A stretch of 63,948 nt of DNA, filler included, from Phoronis australis (lineage: Eukaryota > Animalia > Phoronida), in NCBI GenBank assembly GCA_002633005.1. It is 11 parts of 11 records of this genome, joined end to end, with 100 filler letters (N's around TTAATTAATTAA, not from the genome) between each part and the next. Parts side by side here need not be neighbours in the genome. Positions count along the whole stretch, not along the records: positions 1 to 13,969 come from NMRA01001074.1; 10 more parts are not named here. One strand, written 5' to 3'. Positions 1 to 11,829 of the stretch are shown here, one piece after another. A program made the translations under genes and the position numbers. The notes beneath the pieces are model-generated. The model searched no databases, had not been told where the DNA came from, and was given only the letters and a program-made list of their open reading frames with translations. Positions within the stretch are counted from its first letter, which is position 1, and the number at the start of each line of letters is the position of its first letter.

Positions 1-717
1 AATAATGCTTTGATGTACGAAAAGATCCCGATTGCTACGTCAAGTATCGTATCACATATCACAACATACAAAGATTAACCAGACTCTGGCTGGCGACTGA
101 CTGCCGCGAAGTCGACATCGGCGAGTGCCTCAGTTAACAGGCATCGGTAGAATAATCATAGAATAATCGTTAAAATAATCACAAACCTTACCTTTGTATG
201 AAGTCGTGCTTACTTCCTCTCATAGAAGCACCCTTTTCACGCAATCTCAGATTCAATTGGCACGGCTGCAATCCATTTCACCATGTATTTAAAGGGCTCA
301 CGAAATCGAGGCTGTTAATCTATCACCACTAGTACACGCACGCCCTCTAGTTATTGTAGATTTTCCGAATAGCCCCATTGTGCACTCCCAACACATGCGT
401 AGAAAGATATAAAGTTTTTAAGTGCCGACCATTGGAAAAAAAATTTTGTAATATGTTCACAAAGAAAATCTAATATATGGGAGTTTTATTACCATCTGGC
501 AACAGCAATTAAGTACACCCACCCATGTCAAGCATATTAAAATACGCGCTTCAGCTTAACACTAAAAAAGTGATTAGGGCAATATGTGTTTTGTAAAGGT
601 AATCAATTCTATCTCCGAAGTGTGCAATATGTCATTTCTATCAATCAAATGAATAAAAATAAGTAAGCCACCTCAAGTTATTAAGAGCCTGGCCTTATAT
701 AGCTTGGATTCCATTAA

Positions 718-2052
718 AAGCGAAGGCAACCTTTTTTCATGTCACTTTTAACAAAAATAAGGTTCGTTGATTATCCCAGACACATTTTTCACTTAATTAC
801 AGCTTTTCGTAATTTGATTAATTTCTCGTCCTTTACTCCGGAAGTGACATTTTGGGAGGCAAGAGTTTCGCGCCAATTTCTTTTCATTATAGTCTGACTG
901 TGAGAACTGTCGAGTCAGTCATTGTTCTACCTCGGTTGTGATAAGTTCGGTAGTGGTTTGCTTTTGTTTACAAGTCAGCCAACATGCCACGCTGTTGTTG
1001 CGTGTCGGGATGTACTCATTATGTCTCACACGCGCTTTGGGTACCTTGCGTTGCTTTCCGAAGGATGACACACTTCGCCGTACTTTTCTAGCTCGTTCAT
1101 GTGAAGAACGCAGCGCTACCCATCCATGCAACGTACAAATTAGTGTAGGCTTACCGAGTGTGTGACAAGCATTTTCTGCCGTCAGATTACGACAGAGATG
1201 TGTACGCTGAATTGATGAAGGTCCCTGCGAAACAATGCCTGAAGAAGGGTGCCATAGCGTCGCAGTTGATTCCCGGCAGTGCCCTGTCGCCAATCCCGAG
1301 AAGTGCGTTTTTGAAGCGAGAAGCCTCGCGAGCTGTGGCCACTATATACAGTGACTGGAGGCACTTCATCTACTGTCACCCGTGCCTCCGAACGTACCAC
1401 ATTGCGTGCAATTACGGGAACTAGCAGTGATTCGCCCTGTGCTGTTGTCTCTAGCCAAGAGCCTGTAAGCAGCCCTGCAGCGATGTTGAGTAGTGAGAGT
1501 GAATACAGGCCCAGTTCGACACCCAGTGAAGAGGACAGTTCGTCATCCGCCAATGAACAGATCGCTGAGCCTAAGTTTGATAAGTTTATTGTGGACTTGT
1601 ATTGAAGCTATTTAGAAGGTGCCAGGTGTGTGGCGAGGGAGTCACACAGCGGGATGTAAGTAGTTTGGGTGCTTAGATCACCCTTCAGTGGGACTGTGTC
1701 GCGGGACACTCGGGCAAGTGGGACAGTTCTTCCTCTGTACGTGAGACGATAATGAGTACACCCCAGAACGCAGCAACAGCGTGGGATGTTGACTGACTCG
1801 TAAGCAAAAGCAAACGACGACCGAACTTATCACAACCGAGGTAGAACAATGACTGACTCGACTGCTCTCACAGTCAGACTATATGAAAAGAAATTGGCGC
1901 GAAATTCTTGCCTCCCAAAACGTCACTTCCGGAGTAGACCACGAGTAATTAATTAAATTACGAAAAGCAGTAAATAAGTGAAAAATATGTCTGGGATAAT
2001 CAACGAACCTTATTTTTGCTAAAAATGACATGAAAAAAGGTTGCCTTGGCCT
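718..2052 (+). mobile_element. Non-autonomous Kolobok-type DNA transposon (family A) with ~315-bp inverted ends and THAP/transposase remnants
   Basis: TTAA at 714-717 and 2053-2056; termini AAGCGAAGGCAACC / GGTTGCCTTGGCCT (RR..YY); 718-~1030 is the reverse complement of ~1742-2052. A frameshifted THAP domain starts at ATG 984 (MPRCCCVSGC..FPKD..CDKHF..LKKGAI), followed by KFIVDL..RC..C..GH.GKW remnants. TTAA target plus RR/YY termini plus THAP are Kolobok hallmarks. Confidence 0.85.
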
Positions 2053-4397
2053 TTAAACCAGAGACTGGCAAGGCGACAAGTTAGAGCAATACGATCAAGG
2101 AGAAACAGGCAATCAGCTGAATCGGTGAGAAACTTTTGAATATGACAGTGGACGATGTTTTAAACGTCACAAGGTTAGATGGCACTGTCATTAAGCGTAT
2201 TTCAGGACAATCAAGAAGTCAGGAATTATACCGATACTGACACTTACATATAGAGCTCAGCAGTTTTGCCTGGTTTTGAGAAAATGCACATTGAAAAAGT
2301 GTTTTAATCAAGGTAGGAAAAACCGGGGTAGTCTTCTCCCTTCTATGGTATCAGAGTCACTTTGAAAATCACCTGTCGCTTACATGTGTTGCGTATGTAC
2401 CACAGCATACAATGAGTTTATGATAAGTATGCGGTTAGAGGTCGAATCTGAATGTCGTCAGGACCTTTTGTGAGGTAGACTTATAGAACCAAAAGTTATA
2501 CAAAACGTGATTTTGTCATGAGTCGAAAAAGCTTCACATTTTCGAATCATTAGGTTTTATATTAAAAGCAAATTCTTAATTATATCTTCATTTAGGATTA
2601 AAAGTGGTGTTCGTATCAAGTACACAAATGGCAAGGCACTAAAAACAAAAATCCTCCTTGCGGAACGTATGTGTAGAAGCAATTTTGTTAACAAGTAATA
2701 TCACGCTGTTCCATTTTACATGCGTGATTCGTGGTCCTATACCGTCTTAACATTTCCGTGATTAAAATGATACCAAACCCGGTTTCAGTCTATGAACAGG
2801 TAATAAAAACGACTTTCCCCTCAAAATAATGCTCTGTAACCCTCGGCAACCCTCAACAGTTTGGAGGAAAACTTGAAAGCTCATTTCAAAGTCTACTAAA
2901 CGGGCAAGCGTGACCTACGCTTTTAGCGAATTACACGGCATCTGTGGGAAAAGACCACCCACCAGGGACCATAATGCCCAATCTGTGATACATGAGTTTC
3001 TAGTTGATTACTGGGACTATAAGTTTTTTAGTTGATTCCTGCCTTTAACGTGGAAGGTTGACATCAATGATGCATTAGCAGGTAACAGAACGAGGATTGG
3101 TTGAAATCATCAAAACAGGGTTTAGTATCCTTTTAACTGGTATTTTTAAAAGCACTTCAAACACTCAATCCTGTTCGTTAATTGTTGATGTACACCGTTG
3201 TTATCGTACCCGTAGCCCTATCGATAAATACGTGTACTAGCTGGTACACAATTAAGAGCCATTCCACGAGTAAATCGAAAGAAACCAAAAATCACTCTAG
3301 GGGTCATGTTTCAGATTCAGCTAAAACTTTGTGTATGTGATCGTGGTGCGGCTCTGATACAAAAATCCGCAATTTTGCACTTATTGGCGTCTTAGTTTTT
3401 ACCTATAGACCTTAAAAGGGTTACGAGGAAAGTAAAAAGTTCATGCAACACTTTTCCAACATAAAAAACAGGTAGATGGCATATAGTGAGAGAAAACACA
3501 TAATGGGGTTAGGTAATGGGGAATGAGGACTAACAAATAAAATTTTTTGTGCTAATAATTTCGCTGCATTCACAGGGGAGATAAATTCAGAGGAGTGTTG
3601 AAAGTGGGTGTCACTCAAGTGCTTTTACAAGCCAGTTTGCGGTGCTGTGGACATTGAAAGACTTTGTAAATAGGCCTTGGATGTGTAAACAAACAAAAAA
3701 TGTCTCGAATGGGCTTTTTGATTTTTTGTTCTAAAAATCCTCCAATATTACGTATTTTACACTGTTTAAATGAATGTTTTTTGTAACTTGATTACATTTA
3801 AAATGGTTTCAAGAAGAAATAATTAATGAGAATCAACATTTTAGGGACCATAATGCTGTCTGACATATCCATATTACCATTTCACCCATTGAGCGTTCAT
3901 AACTGACCGTGGCTCAGAGGTTACGCAGGCACAAGTGATGCATGGTGCCAATACTCAAAACGGTTGACGACTTTAGAGGCAATTTTTAGGCTGACATGAA
4001 TAATTCATGTGATTTTTAACGAAACATTCCCATTTGTGCACTATATCAAGACAATTCAGCTTTTAGCCTGCATTGCAGGAAAGGCATCGATGTCAGATAT
4101 ACAAAAATGAAAAAATTATCAAAATCGCATGATGCATTCAAAAGTTAACGCTATTCATGTGTCAATTTTTTCTCACTCTTTTGATCAGGTCGGCCATCTT
4201 GGATGTCAACGGCATAGGTTACGAGTTTAAAAGTGCTTACTCAACCTTATTTTCACAAATATTCTAGTACTAAAATTGAGTTACACATATCGTTACCTAC
4301 CATTCTGTACAATGCAAGAGTTTACACCAGTATATGATCAGAAAAGTGTAACTTATTCATGAGCGGCGCACCACTGAAAAAATGGAGGGCTATAGCC

Positions 4398-4435
<38 letters not shown>

Positions 4436-5093
4436 NTGCGCCGCCAAGGTTATTGAGTGGCTAAAGTGCTCACAATTCACGTTGGACAGCGTGGCAACTT
4501 TTCTAAACTCAAAGGCATCTTCAACTGGCTACAGTGTCATCGGTGAAGATTTAAGTATAATACAATTGTAGACACACTACTTTGGTACAATTTTCCGTTG
4601 TTTGTGCCAAACTTATTATTTATCTTCTATTTATTTCAATGTGAAGTGGCCATTCAATTGATCTTGCATTCTGCTAAAAATACTAGTTGAAAATGTTTTG
4701 AAACCGTTTTTGTTTGAAAGTCAACTTTTGTTCAATGTATGAGTATGTGTCACAACATGACACATATTTTTTCTTAATGTTATGCCTAAATTGTGAATTT
4801 GATTAATGTTTTGTAACTACGGTAGTTACATTCTACTTCAAAATATATCAAAGCAACAATATGTGAAAATCTTACTTGATTTACAGAAATGGTTTATATT
4901 TGGATTATGAAATGTGAAGCATACTCGAGTCTTTCTGCCTCATACCTTCATATTTTTTATTATCATACTTGTCAAATTCTAGTTTACTCAGTCGCCATGG
5001 TAACAATTATGCATGTGTACTTTCATACTCAACTTTGGTTCAGCTTGTATTGCTGAACTTTTCTAAAGTACCTTCTAAGTTTGTTGTTGTGGC

Positions 5094-5700
5094 AAAAGGC
5101 TGTTAGCATCGTTTTAGCTAACATACTTATACATATTTATACTGAGATCAAAAGGCTGTTAGCATCATTTTAGCTAACATATTTATACATATTTATACTG
5201 AGATCAAAAGGCTGTTAGCATCATTTTAGCTAACATATTTATACTGAGATCAAAAGGCTGTTAGCATCATTTTAGCTAACATATTTATACATATTTATAC
5301 TGAGATCAAAAGGCTGTTGGCATCGTTTTAGCTAACATATTTATACATATTTATACTGAGATCAAAAGGCTGTTAGCATCATTTTAGCTAACATATTTAT
5401 ACATATTTATAATGAGATCAAAAGGCTGTTAGCATCATTTTAGCTAACATATTTATACATATTTATTCGGAGATCAAAAGGCTGTTAGCATCATTTTAGC
5501 TAACATATTTATACATATTTATACTGAGATCAAAAGGCTGTTGGCATCGTTTTAGCTAACATATTTATACATATTTATACTGAGATCAAAAGGCTGTTAG
5601 CATCATTTTAGCTAACATACTTATACATATTTATACTGAGATCAAAAGGCTGTTAGCATCATTTTAGCTAACATATTTATACATATTTATACTGAGATCA
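5094..5700. repeat. Minisatellite, 11 units of 56 bp (one unit 46 bp)
   Basis: Unit AAAAGGCTGTTAGCATCATTTTAGCTAACATATTTATACATATTTATACTGAGATC starts at 5094, 5150, 5206, 5252, 5308 ... 5644. Confidence 0.97.
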
Positions 5701-6135
5701 CTTTGCTAGGTGTAAGCCGTAGCTACAATGAAAGTGCGTCCAATATTTTTTAAGAGATGACGTTTTATTTCTCATGGGAGTGTGACAAGTGACAAAATCC
5801 AATTTGGGTGGAATCGGTTAAACGATTAGCATCCAGTAAAAATGACAAAACTCAGATTAAAGTGACTTTATACATCGTATGTAATGATATCAGGTAATAA
5901 GATGGACGTTACCAGGGCACTGCTTTAGTTAGCAGCTGAGGAGGGACAGGTCACACATATTAGCTGACGGGGGGACACAAGTCAGATATTTGCATGGTTT
6001 GCAAAGTGCTAAAACTGTCACTGGTGTGGTATCACAGGTTAGACTCATTCGAAAACATGCATGTAAATAATATTAGTCTTTGGTCTAATTAGTTTTAAGA
6101 AGTGGAAAACAAAAACTACGCTAGAGTGTAGCATG

Positions 6136-6178
6136 CAAACGACGTTTCGATAATAATCAAAAGTCATCCTCAGGTTCA
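6136..6178 (-). ncRNA. Degenerate minimal type I hammerhead ribozyme motif (Penelope-like element type)
   Basis: Minus strand reads TGAAC-CTGAGGA-TGAC..ATC-GAAAC-GTC-GTTTG: CUGANGA and GAAA cores, palindromic ACGT stem III, GUC cleavage triplet, short stem I (GAAC/GTTT). Stem II has a mismatch. Confidence 0.45.
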
Positions 6179-9100
6179 ATAGTAGACAGAAAGCAAAATA
6201 TCATAACAGAATATTAGATTAATTAATATCGAAATGTCGTTCTCAAACATGCATGTGACATCGTTTCCTCGATGGCAATGTTTTGGTCAAATGAGTTTCA
6301 TGAGATACAGATGCATACTGCCCGTAGTCAGGCACTACAAAATACGGGACAGTATGTCTTTTCTTTCAGCTGTTGCTTGAAAAACAACTAAACAAAACGC
6401 CCATTTTTATTTTTCATTTTCTTAGTCAGACAGCAAACTCATGAAAATGTCACTGGAAATCACCAGCACCCCACAAACTGGCCCTTAGAGCACCTCAAAA
6501 TGTGGCTGAAAATCAAATACACAAAATTGGGCAAAAATTTACCGAATTTTGACACTCCAGTGAAGGTTAATCGAAACCCCTTTGAAAATTCAAAGACTGT
6601 CTCCCGATAGAGGGGTTCAAAGTCTACATAAACATTTTTCTTTCCCTGCTTTAAATCCGTTTTAAAACTCAACTTCATTTTCCTGATGTTCCTCTGCAAC
6701 CATCATGTGTCTACCTTTCAGGTTACGGGGTGAGCATTACCACTTATTGGGAAAACAAATATTTGTGTTTTTATAAGGATATTCAAGGTCATGGGTCCAA
6801 AGTACAATTACAGCAATTAAAGTTACAATACTAGAGAGGCACATCCAGTTCTTAAAACATGAATGGTAAATGAAAGTAATGGCAACTTTGTCAGGGTTTG
6901 TCACTAAACTAATAAATTTGCTGGCACTAGGACTGTTCCGTTTTCAGTAAGGGGGGGTTTAGGATTCCCGCAAAGGTCGAATCCTAGGCGCGAGGTGCCG
7001 AACGGGGGGAGGTTTCCTCCTCCCGTGTAAGACATTTTTTTTGTTTTTGTAGCCAAAAAGTGAAATTTCCATGCATCCTGGTAAGTTTCTGGTACTTAAC
7101 ATATCTCTGGAGTTTTTCTTAAGATAAATAAAAACCCTTCCCGATTTCGTCACATGAACTTGGCTCATAAGTTTCGTGAAACCATATTGTGTACATCTGG
7201 TTATGATTCACGCCACCAGCAAAATTTTTTGTTGGAACATCTGCTTACACACACCTTCACGGGTGAGAAACAACATGACCGCCGGTCCACAACATACCTT
7301 TTGTAAATTCTTACGCTCTGCTCGTACACAAGGCGGCAAATTTTTATATCAATAGAAAATTGGTAAGTTTTTTGCTAGAAATTTAGTTAAGCAGATACAT
7401 TTTTAAATAAATTTTAGTTTTTTTGCCAACAGTCGACAGGCACGTAGTTTTATGGCAAATGAGGTGTCATTGAAGGATAACGGTACTTGACCAACTATCC
7501 CAAGCAGCTGGACTGAATTCTATGGGCTACTGTGTTCGCTAACTCCAAGCGGACGACCATCGTCCGTCCCAATTGGATACGTATATCAAGTTAAATGCCA
7601 GGTGGGTGACACAGACTTCGAATATAGTTATACAAACCGAGAATATGTTATAGACTGAAATGCCATTTGGACAAAGTGATCAGTAAAATATCTGGTGGTT
7701 TTTGAAAAAGATTAATTTTGATATAAACATAGTAGATGGGTATGCTTAGAATACGTGAAATATATAATTACTATAAATGACATTTGGCCAGAACTAATTT
7801 ACCGCAGCCTGGGTAGTCAGTCCTACGGTAATGCCCCAACTGGGGGTAAATGTGCAGTGTGTTGAGTGTTGTGGGTCTAGTCTACTGCCACGTAGACAGT
7901 TGGCCGGGATTATGACCCTCCGCTGTGTACCGCCACTTGCAGGCTTCAGATGGATAAAATGTATAGTTGAAACTTTTACTGCGTGTAACTAGCTTAATAC
8001 CTGTTGTGCGACGTTTGATAATTACTATACAGTGATGTACATACTGCATAGTCATCTATTTTATGTTGCCCTACATTTGGCACGGTAAATTACACGTGTG
8101 CTAATGTCCTTTGTTAACCTTGACTAAACTTTAAATAAAGGGCTTTTATCTGTCTCTTTATTTTTGTCGGTGTGTGGTTTAAACAATGCTCCTACCGAGT
8201 CAGTTATTTGTCCTACTAAAACAAAAAGCTGTGAATGAACGCTTGACCTGAGAAAAGCAACTGTGCAAATTCAGTTAGCTCCAGTGAGCGTAGCCTAACA
8301 ATCCACTGTGCATTACTTTCAGAATAAAAGGGACCTCTGACGTATGGGTTGTTTATTGCAACCTTTGTCGGAGAAAATATTTGGACAAAAAGTGAGGAGT
8401 CTCGACAAAAAACGCTGTATCCGCCGTCTTGAAAGGTGATCTAAAAATCGTTTAATGGTAGTACAGGTAGATTTCTAGGGCATTACTGATTACAAAATGC
8501 GGGTTTTAAAACAGTTCAGGTGCAATTTCCACACATATGGCAATCATTAACATCTAAAGTTCAAAACGTACCTTATTTCCGAACAACGTCCTTTGCTCGC
8601 CTTGGTATACTCCTTCACGTACGTTACTAGGTGTGTAAGTGACGGTCAAAACCTTTCACACGGAGCAAATGTGTTCTTCTGACTTCTTCTTGGTGACGCG
8701 CATAATGCGCTACTGTTGACCTCACGTATTCTAGGGCATACCTTGTTATTAACATATTTTAAAAGCACCGAGCCAATGAAATCATCCCAGCGCAATATGC
8801 ACGTCATTATGTGTTGGGAGATGAAACGATTTGAATACAATTTCTTTTCTCTGTGTTCATGCAGATTTCAATACAGTTTTAACTATATTCGAATTCTTCA
8901 TGAAAAATCCGTTTTTGAACTGAAAATAGGCCCAAAATTATTCTGGTTACTCCGTTGTAGATAAGTGTGCATCGTTGCCGTGCGCGAATGCTTTGTTTCC
9001 GTGTAAAAAAAGTTAAGCAGAAAATGGACGATACAGAGTAGGGAGGGCATTGATCAGCTAAAACAAGCTAACTCTTCCTGTCTGAAACAGTCACACCCAT

Positions 9101-10779
9101 CAATTTCTCAAAAGGGTACTTGCATTTGATGATTTAGGTGGGCCGACAACAAATTAACGACGTTATAACAAAAGTTAAATCGCTACCTGATGACAACTTT
9201 CTTTTTGTCAGTAGTTTCAGGGATGGGTGTAACATCTTTTCAGCTTCTAAAAACCGCGGCAACTTTACCAGCCACAAGGTGTGAGTGCAAGCGACCAATC
9301 TGTACATTTAGCCAAATATCTACATATTTTCTATAGGCAGAAAATCTGTAGAATTTAATTTCATACTTCATATCAATTTGCCGTTAATTGGACCACGTGA
9401 CTACGAATTATAGTAAAATTCAGGAATAAAGAAAGGTGCTGCATTCACATTTAAACAGCGGTATCAATACAATGAACATCTTTTATTTGATTTAAATGTT
9501 CAAGATAAAGTCTAAAAAAAATCTGTTACAGGTTTCGAAATTATTGTTTTATTTTTGTTTTATCCAACGTCTATTTTTTATAAACTGTTGATAGTTTAAT
9601 AAAGTTTTGCAGAAAACTGTACGAAGCACAATATCTGAAAGTTACAAATGAATCCGATCGGCCATTTCCAAGGTACAGTGTTCCGAAGCTAGGCAAATTT
9701 GGCAATTTTTCTAGGGCTTGGCCTAACCTTAAAGATCTTTGGGTGCCTGATATTATGGGAGAAATAGTGGTACCTTGTACTCGACGAGATATTCAGTTGT
9801 CTAATGCTGTATACCAATGCATATACATTTGTTCGACTCTGAAAACAATCAAACTAACTGTGTCATTATAGATACATAGTTTGACTACATTTTATTTCAG
9901 TTTCCTTAGCTTTTGTCACGGGGTAACTCAGAAATAGTGAATTCAATAAACTAAGCTTGTGGTCCTGTGTTACCCGACTATCAATTTCGTCAACTTACAT
10001 TTCCTTATATTAGGATTTAAGAGCAGTATCTCAGTTAAAATGAGAGCCAAGACCAAACTGTACGTGTTCCCCCTCGTGAAAATGTATGGTGAACGTAAGG
10101 CCCTAAAAATATATAGTCAACACAAATACTATGACCTATGCCATAGAGAAGTTGTTTAGAAATAAAGTAATATTAGAGCTTGGCGGAATTTACTCTTCGG
10201 GCTCAGTTTTACGAACGTTCGACACGGAACGCACTCTAGTAGTTTTGAAGAGGCCAAGTGCTGGAAATCGGACTACCCACCTTTTTAGACAGCCAGAATT
10301 ATAAAAAGGTGCACATCTGTTTAGAGAACTTCGATGAAAAGGTCAACATTTCTCGCAGCACCGTAGCGCCTTTTTGTAGTTTTAAACCTTACGAAAGACT
10401 TTGGGCTAGAATTTGTTAAACACAAAAACACTATTCAATACACTGTGGAGTATAAACAACTCTATACAGTTACGTTGAATAAAATGGGCCCTTTCGAGTT
10501 CCTAATCTACAAAGCTAACTACTTTTAAAGCTGTTATGAATCCAACCTCTCTCTGGACCCGTCACATCCTCGGCTATTATGAGGTTGGTCTTGTATTGAT
10601 TCTTACTCAGATTAGAATTGGTCTCTGGTTTGGGTTGAGCTGATCATTGGTTATTGCTTGAGACTTGGCTCAATAAGTTGAACTGACCCGGCGGGTCACC
10701 ACAAGTGAGCAGTTCCATGGGCGCACGAAATGAAGTTTACAATTTGAGTTTTACAGGAGTGCTATACAATGTTGCCGTA

Positions 10780-11060
10780 CAATGTCAGCATCATCTGATA
10801 TGTTGTCCTAAATATGAATAGCCATTCACTTGTATAATAACCCTGTCATGTATCTTGAATGCAGGCAGAATGGTACTGCAAAGAAAATTTGGTTTAAACA
10901 TCAGGGTTGCACTTTTGTCAGGATTGTATTTCATGTTTTGTGTGACTCCATATGTCTCGCAAGTAATTATCAGTTTGTTCAAACCCGTAACAGAGGGTGA
11001 ATTTAAGACCAAGCTATCGGCATACACGAGATGATTAATTTTTATATCATAAATCATACA
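10780..11060 (-). pseudogene. Non-LTR retrotransposon reverse transcriptase fragment (RTE-X/CR1-like)
   Basis: INHLVYADSLVLNSPSVTGLNKLI..CE.YG...KYNPDKS...YSYLG: degenerate YADD motif plus the downstream YLG motif. Confidence 0.8.
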
Positions 11061-11204
11061 TCCTCATCGGTTGTGTAACACCACTAGCTCGCAGGTTCAA
11101 GGCGAGAGATAATTCAACATTAGACTATGGGCCATGCAACCAGTTCTGAAGACAAGCCATGAAAGTTTTCTCCACGTTCGATTTTTGATTCGTGACAGTA
11201 TCGA

Positions 11205-11398
11205 GTTTGGTTTGCGTGGCTGCGTCCCAGTAATACAAGGCCGTTTGGTTTGCGTGGCTGCGTCCCAGTAATACAAGGTCGTTTGGTTTGCGTGGCTGCG
11301 TCCCAGTAATACAAGGTCGTTTGGTTTGAGTGGCTGCGTCCCAGTAATACAAGGCCGTTTGGTTTGAGTGGCTGCGTCCCAGTAATACAAGGCCGTTT
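11205..11398. repeat. Minisatellite, 5 x 38 bp
   Basis: Unit GTTTGGTTTG(C/A)GTGGCTGCGTCCCAGTAATACAAGG(C/T)C. Confidence 0.95.
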
Positions 11399-11829
11399 TC
11401 ATTTCTATTCTTGAATTTTTACAGTCTCCGTCCACACTTCTTTTTTGTTTTTTTAGGCCTAACCGCAACTTTTTCTTTGCATTTTTAAAGATCCTCTACA
11501 AGGATATGCTAGTATTTGGGCGTGGATCTCCAATAAAGCGCCCACGATGATGAGAAATGAAAGCAAAAAAGCACCCGTGAGCGCTTTTTGAGAACAAAAT
11601 CAACTGGTAATGTTCATAGCGCAGTTTAGGTTGACAAATGACACCCAATTTGTCGAATGACGCCATGCAATTATGGCGCCAAAAGTAAATCGAGCTTATA
11701 TCTATAGCCCCAGCACATCGCGGAATAATTCTATCATGCTCAGCTGGAACAAGATGTATTCGTTTTCCGAAAACGCTCCCGAAGTACAGCCAGTCATAAG
11801 GCAATGCGTGTATTTTCTTCTCCTAACTC

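Noticed and set aside
3255-4450. TTAA|GAGCCATTCCAC as a possible Sola-like transposon end
   Set aside because: No matching opposite terminus or coding remnant was found.
5094-5700. CRISPR-like appearance of hairpin-containing arrays (also 11205, 44325, 49885)
   Set aside because: The units are contiguous with no unique spacers, there are no cas genes, and the context is eukaryotic.
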